DNA of 64,000 nt from the human T2T-CHM13v2.0 reference genome, Homo sapiens. The stretch lies in NCBI RefSeq assembly GCF_009914755.1, contig NC_060926.1; one strand, 5' to 3'. Position numbers and translations under genes: made by a program. The notes beneath the pieces are model-generated. The model had not been told where the DNA came from, made no database searches, and saw only the letters and a program-made list of their open reading frames with translations. This document shows positions 39,691 through 56,608 of this stretch, in pieces. The first letter of the stretch is position 1, and every line of letters begins with the position of its first letter.

Positions 39691-40316
39691 TGTTGGGGCT
39701 CAGAAAACAATACCCCAAAATATGGTGCTTTGGCACGCTGAGCATTTTGAACTAAAGGAAATTTAAAGGCCTTAGAAGCAGCCTCAGAACCAAGAACTTT
39801 CTTTCTCCTGTTTCTCCCCAACCCCAAGCCCAGGGTGGAATTCTCTGAAGCTCCCTTATCTGAAGCTCCTCCAGAAGGAACATAGTTGCCTTTGATCACT
39901 GAAATTTCAAAACAGAGAGGATGAAACTCACGGAGCAGGAAGGAAGACTGAGGAAAGTCACCTCATCTAGACAGGCTTTGTCACAAGCCATTGTCTGTTC
40001 TTCAGGTCCCATTCAATTTTCAAATAGAATCATTTACAAATGATTGCCTATTCTTTGGGCCCAGTCAACTCTCCCCAAAATCATTTACTGCCTCTCAAAA
40101 TTGCCTATATTTTTCCCATCTCCATCTCCCTTCTCCCTCTCCCCTACAAAGCTTCAGCCATCTGGCCCTTCTTTGAGTTTCATATTTTGTATGGCTCCTG
40201 TGCACGCTTGCATGTTAATAAATCTGTTTGCCTTTTCTCCTATTAATCTATTGTCAGTTTATTTCGGCGGACTTGAAACTTTAAAGGCGTAGAAAAAAAT
40301 TCCCTTTGCCCTGACA
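39691..40316 (+). mobile_element. MER39/MER34-like ERV1 solo LTR
   Basis: Starts TGTTGGGGCTCAGAAAACAATACCCCAAAATATGGTGCTTTGGC, AATAAA at 40217-40222, ends ...CCCTGACA. Confidence 0.7.
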
Positions 40317-40575
40317 AAAATAAGATGTCTTACAGATGTTCTACATAAGGATTTGGCAAACAGAATGCATATGAGTAATCCTTAGCTGTGAAACCATTCT
40401 AGTAATAGTTTGTGTTTTGTGCATTTTCTTAAAGACATTGATTTTGGGCATATGGAAAGATTATTCTGTAATATTTGAAGGAGGGAAAAAAAGCCTCACA
40501 GTTCTGATAGTTCCATTTTTTATTCTGCACTTTATGAAGGATAAATGTACGGTGTCTGTTTCTGGATGGTAGACA

Positions 40576-41760
<1,185 letters not shown>

Positions 41761-43459
41761 GATATACACTGAAAAAACTGATTAGATTGATAACTATATA
41801 ATGGAAAAAATCCCCCTAGGAGGACGAGTCAGTAAGTAAAAGGTAGTCATGCTTCTGAAAGAAAAGAATGCCAAAAAATGCCAGACATACAGTAAGTCTC
41901 ATGCTGGATTAAATAGAGACATGCCCTAAAATGCCTAAAAGGAGGCTAATGATTAGCCTTCTTTTTAATCATTATTATTATTATTATTTGAGACAGGGTT
42001 TCACTCCGTTGCCCAGGCTGGAATGCAGTGGTATGGTCTGGGGTCACTACAATCTCTACCTCCCAGGTTCAAGCAATCCTCCCACCTCAACCTCCCAAGT
42101 AGCTAGGACTACAGGCACATGCCACCACACCCTGCTAACTTTTTTTTTTTTGTAGAGACAGGTTTCCCCATGTTACCTAGGCTGGTCTCGAACTCCTAGG
42201 CTCAAGAGATCTACCGCCTGGCCTCCCAAAGTGCTGGGATTAGAGGCGTGAGCACCATTCCCAGCCTAATCACTATTTTTATAGTTGAAACTTGTATTTT
42301 TCTCTATAAAAAAGTGTGGAAGTTTATCTTGCTTTTTTGAAAAAGTTGAGACCAAACCCAGACAAAGGTTTTATCCTAAATTTGTTGTATGATGTGATTT
42401 CCTACTGCAACATGGGTTTTAAAATCAGTCTTTTATTTTAAGGGAAAAGGAATACATTCAAGTGGAAGAGGTTCAAATTTTAAATCATGATTAGTTTTGT
42501 ATTTGGAAAATAAAACCATCACAATTCAGCTCTAATTATCTAATCAGTTTTAACTAGAGAAATTCTAGATTAAGAAAGAAGAAAGTAAGTTTTGACATGG
42601 GTATTTCTGTGTTTCAGGGGCCTCCAAAAGGATGAATATGTACTTATCTTACATGGGGTGAAGGCTGTGAGAGTGAGTATTACAGTAGCTTCATTATTAC
42701 ACAAATCCTGCTCTTGAAATTATTTGTGTAATTTCTGCAAGCAGATAGTCCAGTGCAGTTATTTGGAGGTCACTGTGAAGGGCCAGATAAATATTATCAA
42801 AAGCCAGAAAAACTAGGAAGCAAGGCCATAATAAGGTCTTGTTTCCTTTTTTTTTTTTTTTTTTTTTTTTGAGATGGAGTTTAGCTCTTGTTGCACAGGC
42901 TGGAGTGCAATGGCCTGATCTCAGCTCACTGAAACTTCTGCCTCCCGGGTTCAAGTGATTCTCCTGCCTCAGCCTCCTGAATAGCTGGAATTACAGGCAT
43001 GAGCCACCACGCCTGGCTAATTTTGTATTTTTAGTGGAGATGGAGTTTCTCCACGTTGGTCAGGCTGGTCTGGAACTCCTGACCTCAGGTGATCTGCCCG
43101 CCTCAGCCTCCCAAAGTGCTGGGATTACAGGTGTGAGCCACTGCGCCCAGCCATAAAGGTCTTGTTTATTGACTTCAGTTTATTTCATACGCTTATGCAA
43201 CAGTCTTACCTGCTAAGTAAGAAAAATGTAGACATGCTTAAGACCTGGAAAAAGTATTGAAAAGGTATCAAAGGTTTATAGAATGTGCAGTACATATTAT
43301 TCATATTCATTATGATTTTTTCTAATCCTGACGATAGAAATATAAGCCTACACAGGATCAAATATTTGCCTTGTTTTGTGTCTTCAATTGGCTGGCTTTT
43401 TTTTTTTGAGGCAGAATCATGATTTTTTTTTAAAAAACGTAAAACAATTTTTTTTTTGA

Positions 43460-43555
<96 letters not shown>

Positions 43556-45312
43556 TGATTTATATTTTTCCAGAATTTTCTAAGTATATGTTTATAGAGA
43601 ATTGTACACACATACAGCTGGGATAATGTATTACTTACATTTAACATTCTGGTTTTCCAATTTAATACTATATCATGGGCATGTCCCCATGACATTATTT
43701 TCTATAAATACCATTTTAATAGCTCTATAATATTTAAAGCTATTTATATTTCATGGTTTACCAGCTGTTCTTTTATTGTTAGATATTTAAATTAATTCCA
43801 ATTTTTAGTACTATATATAAACAATGCTGTGATAGACACTTTTATCTGCCTTTCTGAGTATTTCCTTAGGATTTCCTTAGGAGAGCCATGAATAAATTTC
43901 ATGGCTATTCTTAGAGTAATTTTTTTTTTTTTTTTTTGAGACAGGGTCTTGCTCTGTTGCCTAGGCTGGAGTGCAGTAGCATGATCATGGCTCACTGCAG
44001 CCTCGACCTCCTGGGCTCAAGTGATCCTCCCACCTTAGCCTCCTGAGTAGCTGGGACCACAGGTATACACCATGGCCGGCTAATTTTTTCATTTTTTGTA
44101 GAGACAAAGTCCCGCTATGTTGCCCAGATTGGTCTCCAACTCCTGGTGCTCCTGTCTAAGCCTCTCGAAGTGCTGGGATTACAGGCATGAGCCACCACAC
44201 CCAGCCTACTGTAATATTTTTTAAGAATTTGATTTCATTTATTCTATTAATGCATAAATCTTAAATTATTTCAGACTCTAATCAAACAAACTATAAATGT
44301 AAAATATGAACAAATGTATTCAGGGTCTGAGCAGAAGTTATCTGAAAATTTTTCTTTAGTAAGTCAATTCAAAAGCATGAATAAAAATTCATGAAGCATT
44401 TTTCAAGTGGATCAATTTTTATTCACTTTTATAGACCCATTATTTTGTTTAACTCATGGTTATTTTGACACACAGTGTTTCTTTATATAATATAGGTTAG
44501 GCCTCATTTACTCATTCACTCAGGTGCAGGTGCTCTTTCCCCTGACTTAATCTGTATTAGTGAGTGTTTGCCGTATTACCTCCCATTTAAAAAAAAATAT
44601 AAGTCTAGGCTGGGTGTGGTGGCTCACGCTTGTAATCCCAGCACTTTAGGAGGCCAAGGCGGGCAGATGGCTTGAGCCAGGCATTGGAGACCAGCCTGGG
44701 CAGCATGGTGAAATTCAGTCTTGACAAACAATAAAAGAACTTAGCTGGGCGTGGTGGTGGCGCACCTGTAGTCCCAACTACTTGGAGGCAGAGACAAGAG
44801 GATCACCTGAGCCCATCAGGTCAAGACTGCAGTGAGCTATGATCATGGCACTGCACTCCAGCCTGGGGACAGAGCAACACTGTGTCTCAAAGAAATAGAA
44901 TAGGCTGGGCAAGGTGGCTCACACCTGTAATCCCAGCACTTTGGGAGGCCAAGGCGGGCAGATCATGAGGTCAGGAGTTCAAGACCAGCTTGACCAATAT
45001 GGTGAAACCCCATCTCTACTAAAAATACAAAAATTAACCGGGCATGGTGACACATGCCTGTAATTTCAGCTACTCAGGAGGCTAAGGCAGAGGATTACTT
45101 GAACCTGGGAGGCGGAGGTGGCAGTGAGCCAAGATTGTGCCACTGCACTCCAGCCTGGGCAACAGAGCAAGACTCTGTCTAAAAAAAAAAAAAAAAAAAA
45201 AGGCCAGGCGGGGAGGCTTGACTGGGCGGAGTGGCTCACGCCTGAATCCCAGCACTCTGGGAGGCCGAGGCAGGTGGATCACGAGGTCAGGAGACTGAGA
45301 CCATCCTGGCTA

Positions 45313-45955
<643 letters not shown>

Positions 45956-46020
45956 CGTCTCAAAAAAAAAAGTACTATTTATTTTACTTTTTTTTTTTTT
46001 TTTTTTGAGACAGAGTCTGA

Positions 46021-46170
<150 letters not shown>

Positions 46171-46194
46171 TAGAGACGGGGTTTCATCGTGTTA

Positions 46195-46911
<717 letters not shown>

Positions 46912-47059
46912 TGAGGTGATCCGCCCGCCTTGGACTGCCAAAGTGCTGGGATTACAGGCGTGAGCCGCCGCACCGGGCCAGAAATAGTACTTTCAAATGT
47001 GGTTCCACTGGGCAGGTATACATGTGGCTCAAGGACTTCAGAGAGCAAATGATATCTGA

Positions 47060-47320
<261 letters not shown>

Positions 47321-47439
47321 TGATCAGCCCGCCTCGGCCTCCCAAAGTCTTGGGATTACAGGCGTGAGCCACCGCGCCCGGCCCTGATTCTTATTTTAAG
47401 ATATCCTTCACTGTGTTATACTACATTATACTTTTATTC

Positions 47440-47507
<68 letters not shown>

Positions 47508-47559
47508 TCCTTCCTTCCTTCCCTCCCTCCCTCCCTCCCTCCCTCCCTCCCTCCCTCCC

Positions 47560-47646
<87 letters not shown>

Positions 47647-47657
47647 CTCTTTTTTTT
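47440..47657. repeat. (TTTC)n-(TTCC/CCCT)n-(TTTC)n mirror-like repeat
   Basis: Direct reading. Confidence 0.95.
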
Positions 47658-49428
47658 GAGACAGTCTCACTCTGTCACCCAGGCTGGAGTTCAGTGGCAA
47701 GATCTCGGCTCACTACAACCTCTGCCTCCTGGGTTCTAGCGATTCTTGTGCCTCAGCCTCCAGTGCACCACCATGCCCGGCTATTTTTTTGTATTTTTAG
47801 TAGAAATGGGGTTTTCGCTTTGTTGGCCAGGCTGGTCTTAAACTCCTGGGCTCAAGTGATCCACCGTCTTCGGCCTCCCAAAGTGCTAGGATTATAGGTG
47901 TGAGCCACTGCATCCAGCCTATTTTTCTAATTCCAAGCCTTAGTAAAAATCTTAACTACATATGGTATAACTTGGAGATAAATGAAGGGTACTGTATCTA
48001 CTCTTTGAAGGAAAATAGAGCTCCATGTTTGAAATCAACAAGGAAAAGCTCTTAGAAGACACCAGTAGAGAAGTCAAAAGGCACATAAGTAAATTTGTGA
48101 AAAATAGAAGTCCTGCCAGGCGCGGTGGCTCACGCCTGTAATCCCAGCACCTTGGGAGGCCGAGGTGGGTGGATCACGAGGTCAGGAGATCAAGACCATC
48201 CTGACTAACATGGTGAAACCCTGTCTCAACGAAAAATACAAAACAAAACAAAACAAAACTAGCCGGGTGTGGTGGCATGTGCCTGTGGTCCCAGCTACTC
48301 AGGAGGCTGAAGCTGGAGAGTTGCTTGAACCCAGGAGGAGGAGGTTGCAGTGAGCCGAGATCTCACCACTGCACTCCAGCCTGGGTGACAGAGCCAGACT
48401 CTGTCTCAAAAAATAAAAAAAAAGAAAAATAGAAGTCCTTTTCTGTGATCTTTCAAATGCTTGGGAGAAGCTGGGTTTTCCTGCTGTCAGTCACTCAGGA
48501 TGGGAGGTTCTGATGGTTTTATTTTGCTCTTGAAGAAAAGGGTGACCCCAGAAGCTAGGTTAACTAAAATTTCCAAAGTTAGACGAAAAGGGAAGGAAAG
48601 AGATGAGACAATAAATCTAGGTTTCAAAAGCAAGGCTCTTTTTATTTGTTTATTATTTTTTAAAAGCTTTGTTTGTTTTAGGAAGACAGAATTAGGTTGC
48701 TTTCAGGCCCAAAGGATGTCAGGGAGGTCAACTGGATTTTCTTCTCTCCCCACAACTATACCTTGATCTTCCAAAAGGAGACAATGCCCTGTCCTGTTTC
48801 TCAGTTTAAGCCTAAAGATAAAATTCTAAAGTTTCTAAGCAGCTTTTAGTTGTTTGTTTTTCTGATCTGGAAAGGTGTCCCAGTGCTAACTTCCATATTG
48901 TTTGTCTGCTAGAGCTAAGAGTTTTTCTTCTATTTTTCTTTGATACCACCCCTTTATGATCATGAAGTTTATTCTTAGAAGTAGTCGGTATTTCTGAGCC
49001 CAGGTAATACCTACATGTCCTCATTTATTTAACAAGAAATTGGCCTTGGTCCTTATTTCAATTCTTGTTCTAATAATCTGCTTAGTGCCCCTCTGTCCCT
49101 TCTTAAAACCAGGACCAGTCCTCCAACTGAAGGCAGAGATATCATCCATGAGGGGCTATAATACATAGTGAAGATCAGTTTCGCAGATGCTGTTAGTCTG
49201 TCCTCTTGGATTTCTGTGTTGTTCTCCTTTATTTCCTGCTTCCTTACCCCTACCAGGAAAAAAATCCTACTTGTTGGGGTTTTGGTGATTAGAATATTGG
49301 GGATTATTTTACCCTTGGATACTATGTTAGTCATCAGGGCTGTTCACAAATATTCAGGTTCTCTTTCTCATGACATGGTAGGATTACATTTTCTGCCCTC
49401 TTTTTTTCTTTTTTTTTTTTGAGACTGA

Positions 49429-49566
<138 letters not shown>

Positions 49567-49914
49567 TAATTTTTTGCATTTTTAGTAGAGAAGGGGTTTC
49601 ACCTGTCTCGAACTCCTGACCTTGTGATCTGCCCGCCTCGGCCTCCCAAAGTGCTGGGATTACACGCGTGAGCCACTGCTCCCAGCCTCTGCCCTCTTAA
49701 AGTTAGGTTTGGCCATCTGACTTTGGTGGCCACTAAAATATGAGTGGAAGTAAAGCACACTGCTTCTAGGTGGAAGCTTTTTAATGGCTACAGCAAGACA
49801 CTGCAACACTAGCAATTAAATTTTATGATCCCTACTGTCACAATTTTGAAAACATGTGTCTCAGTGAAGCCTCTACCAACCTAAGGACCTCAGTGATTAA
49901 AATGAGAGAGTCCA

Positions 49915-51165
<1,251 letters not shown>

Positions 51166-51580
51166 GGTCCCCTGATGACTTATATCAAACATGTAACATG
51201 TGTGAGAAATAAACCTTTATTGCAATAAGATGCTGAGATTTGGTGAATGTTACTGTAATTTAGCCCATCCTAATTAGTACAGATGCCAAACCTCACCTGC
51301 ATCACCAGTCCTTTGTTCTCAGCTGAGCTTGACTTACATTGTCTGCCTTTTGTCGTGGACAGGTTTCTTGCCAAGTCTTAATTCTGTTCTTTGATGTTCT
51401 TTCTCACTGTGAGTGAACAGCCATGTCCCAACTGAAATATCACAAGAAGGAACAGAAAAGGGAAGAGGGTACATATCTAGTTGTCTACCTACCAAGTCAG
51501 CGGCATGTGTTTTTTCTTGTGAATTTCCTAAGACCTTTTCTTTATGTTCTATATAATTTATCATACATTTATAACATGTA

Positions 51581-53208
<1,628 letters not shown>

Positions 53209-53654
53209 AAAAAGGACACTTAATGTTTCTTGGAAAAAATCTTAAGCAAATAAAAATTGAATGATGAAGTACTTGATCTCAATTTGAGGAAGATAAAAGT
53301 GTACTACGAATTAATAAACTTTAAACTTTCTGCACCTCTAACATACTAAAATCCAATTTCTCTGAGTGCTAGAAACTCTCAGTTCTTGAAAGACAAATGG
53401 TAAAACAATACCGTTTCTAATTTAGACCTTTTGGGCAAAACAAAATACAGTAATAAAGCTATAAAGAATCGGTCGGGGGCGGTGGCTCACGTCTGTAATC
53501 CCAGCACTTTGGGAGGTCGAGACGGGCGGATCACGTGAGGTCAGGAGTTCGAGACCAGCCTGGCAAACATGGTGAAACCCTGTCTCCACTAAAAATACAA
53601 AAATTAGCCGGGCGTGATGGCGCCGCCTGTAATCTCAGCTACTCGGGAGGTTCA

Positions 53655-53801
<147 letters not shown>

Positions 53802-55552
53802 TCAAAGCATATGCTCTTCGTCTTTTTAAGGGATTTTACTAGGTAGAATTTTTTTTTCTCTGTCTAAAGGGTAAACAGCATAAACATATTTCAACTAAAA
53901 AGAGTCTTAGAATCCGGGGTTGGTATTGCTACAACCCCTAATTATGGAAGATGTTTAGTATAACAGAACCAGTTTAAGGAATGTGGAGATTTATTTACAT
54001 CAAATTCAGATAAAGAGGTAACAGCGGACTAGAAGAAGCAAGCAGAGCATGACTTAAGGAGTCTATCTATGACTGTATCTGTGGAACTGCCCTTAGCCAC
54101 AATGAAAGACCAGCAAAACCAGCCTTCAGCATAACCCTCCTGCCTGGTAGGAGATGGGAAGGCCAGACTTCACCCCTCAAGATCGCCCTCCCACGCGCAT
54201 TTTCCACCTCGCAGCTAAGAATTCAGTCCAGACTTCCGATCATGGCGCCACGCACGTCACCTTCTCCCCTCGCCGCCAGCAAAATCCCACCCACGTCGGC
54301 TGACCCCGCAGCGGGGTGTAAGGGCGGGAGGGATCCCGTCTCCTATACTGGTCGCTTGTACAAACCAGATCCAAAAAACGCACTACACAAATCCTTGGAA
54401 ACTGCGGTACCAACGGGATCTTCTCAATTCCTTGAGTGCAAAATGATCCCACTCTCTATCCCGACACAACTCTAACTCCATTTTCCTTTCACGTGCCCTA
54501 AAAAGCCCTCAAGGCCCCCAGCCTTGGTGAATCCAGGCCCTCTCTCGGGGTGGGCACCGCGCTGTACGGACAGACGCGCGCACGCAGCGGGACGATTTAT
54601 AGAATTAAAAGTCTTTTTTTTTTTTCTGGCTTCGCATCCTTGCAAATACTCAATATTCCTGTCAACTAAGAAGGCTAAGGGAATGGGCGGTTGAGGAAAG
54701 CAGGACGTCGATTACAGCGAACACATCAAAGGGGTGGTCTTTCCAATTCCGGCTTTTGTTTGAGTCAGAGGGGAGCCTGAGGAGGCCAAGGTCTCCGGTT
54801 CTGGGAAAGGCGGGTCCATCCGGATTCTTTGGGCTGCGGAGAGGGAGGTTCCAGCCCCGTGAAACAACAGAGGGCAGTTCTGCCCCTCGAGGCTTTCCTC
54901 CGAGAGTACTGAGACGGAGACGCCTCAGTCGGGAGAAATCCCGGAACTCGGAGGAGTCTGCTGAACGCCGAACAAAAGGATGTGGCCGTCGTCTCTTAAA
55001 CAAATACGCGAATCCCAAGCCATGCACATTTGGAAGGCATGTGTATGTGTGTGAAGGAGAAAGGCCACCGCTGCCCACCGCAGCCCCACCCAGCCCTCGG
55101 CCATTCACCGGAGAGACGCGCTGCGGTGGGGCCTCGGAGCCCTCAGCCAGCCCCGAACGAGGGGCGGGGCCGGGCGGGGCCGTGAGCGCGCAGGCGCAGT
55201 GCGGGCTTCATCCCGCCGCCGGCGCCGCCGCCGCCGCCGCCCGCTCTGCACCACAGGCTAGAGACAGACAGGGCCGGGAAGAGCCGGAGACTGAGGAGGA
55301 GGCGGAGGCGGCGGCGGAGGCGGGGCGACTCCGGTGACCGGGAGCGCCGCAGACTGGCAGCTGCGGCGACTCCCCCCTTTGTGTCTGGTCTGCTCGGAGC
55401 CACTGGAAGTGCCTCCCGGAGGGACGCAGGGTGTCTCGCCGCCTCCCTGCCCACCCCCTTCCCCGGCTACCTTCATCCGCCCTCCCGCCGCCCCCCGCCC
55501 TCGGTCCGCGACGCCCGAGTTCCGTCAGGAGCCCAGAGCTGCGGGAGAACGA

Positions 55553-55604
<52 letters not shown>

Positions 55605-55612
55605 GCAGCGGC
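55553..55612 (+). repeat. (GGC)16(AGC)3GGC trinucleotide repeat in BMPR2 5'UTR
   Basis: Counted directly: 48 nt of pure GGC at 55553-55600, ending at c.-928 relative to the ATG. Confidence 0.97.
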
Positions 55613-55921
55613 TTCCTCGGGGGGTTGTGATTCGCTCACAGGAGCCATTGACGGGAGAAGAGGAGGCTTTCTTGGTGGAATTTACCTCAGGCAAGATCGA
55701 GCCGCAGGAATAAAAAGCGAGGAAGGGAAGGGAGCGCCGCCGGGAGGACTAGAAGGGGCAGCCTCTCACACCCACTCCGCCTGCCGTCTCGGGGAGCCCG
55801 GACCGGGGCCGCGACCGCGACCCCTCCCCTCCCCCGCTCCTACCTCTCCTCAGCCTTCGCCAGGGCCTCCCCAACCCTCTCACGGTTGTTCTGCGAAGGC
55901 GTGGGGACTGTGAGCTTGTCC

Positions 55922-55987
55922 ATGGAGGCAGGCACCTTTTTTGATCCAGTCAAGGAAGAGGATTTGTTGTTTTCGAAATCAGAGTGA
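55922..55987 (+). other. uORF1 (21 aa, MEAGTFFDPVKEEDLLFSKSE)
   Basis: First ATG in the 5'UTR (tccATGg) with in-frame TGA at 55985-55987. Whether it is translated cannot be seen from sequence. Confidence 0.65.
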
Positions 55988-56040
55988 AGGAAGCACCGAA
56001 GCGAAACTTAAGGAATCCTGCCTTCCCGGAGCCGCGGGCG

Positions 56041-56109
56041 ATGCGACTAGGGCTGCCGGGCGCCGCCGCCGCCCGTCCGGCTTCGTCCTTCCCGGCAGTC
56101 GGGAACTAG
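56041..56109 (+). other. uORF2 (22 aa)
   Basis: gcgATGc ... TAG, read by hand. Confidence 0.55.
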
Positions 56110-56164
56110 TTCTGACCCTCGCCCCCCGACCCCGGATCGAATCCCCGCCCTCCGCACCCTGGAT

Positions 56165-56221
56165 ATGTTTTCTCCCAGACCTGGATATTTTTTTGATATC
56201 GTGAAACTACGAGGGAAATAA
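56165..56221 (+). other. uORF3 (18 aa)
   Basis: gatATGt ... TAA, read by hand. Confidence 0.5.
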
Positions 56222-56262
56222 TTTGGGGGATTTCTTCTTGGCTCCCTGCTTTCCCCACAGAC

Positions 56263-56416
56263 ATGCCTTCCGTTTGGAGGGCCGCGGCACCCCGTCCGAG
56301 GCGAAGGAACCCCCCCAGCCGCGAGGGAGAGAAATGAAGGGAATTTCTGCAGCGGCATGAAAGCTCTGCAGCTAGGTCCTCTCATCAGCCATTTGTCCTT
56401 TCAAACTGTATTGTGA
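56263..56416 (+). other. uORF4-6 chain (56263-56337, 56334-56360, 56357-56416) linked by ATGA stop/start overlaps
   Basis: Read by hand; ATGA at 56334-56337 and 56357-56360. Confidence 0.55.
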
Positions 56417-56509
56417 TACGGGCAGGATCAGTCCACGGGAGAGAAGACGAGCCTCCCGGCTGTTTCTCCGCCGGTCTACTTCCCATATTTCTTTTCTTTG
56501 CCCTCCTGA

Positions 56510-56608
<99 letters not shown>

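Noticed and set aside
55709-55714. AATAAA within the BMPR2 5'UTR
   Set aside because: No GU/U-rich downstream element; cap-proximal signals are normally suppressed.
54662-55913. Long GC-rich ORFs on both strands of the CpG island (e.g. 54756-55337, 55208-55648)
   Set aside because: Stop-codon scarcity at high GC explains them; low-complexity products, mostly non-ATG starts, no recognisable family.
55213-56073. Short (GCC)n tracts at 55213-55242 and 56061-56073 complementary to the GGC repeat
   Set aside because: Expected in a CpG island; the first probably lies upstream of the TSS, and long-range pairing cannot be supported without folding or probing data.
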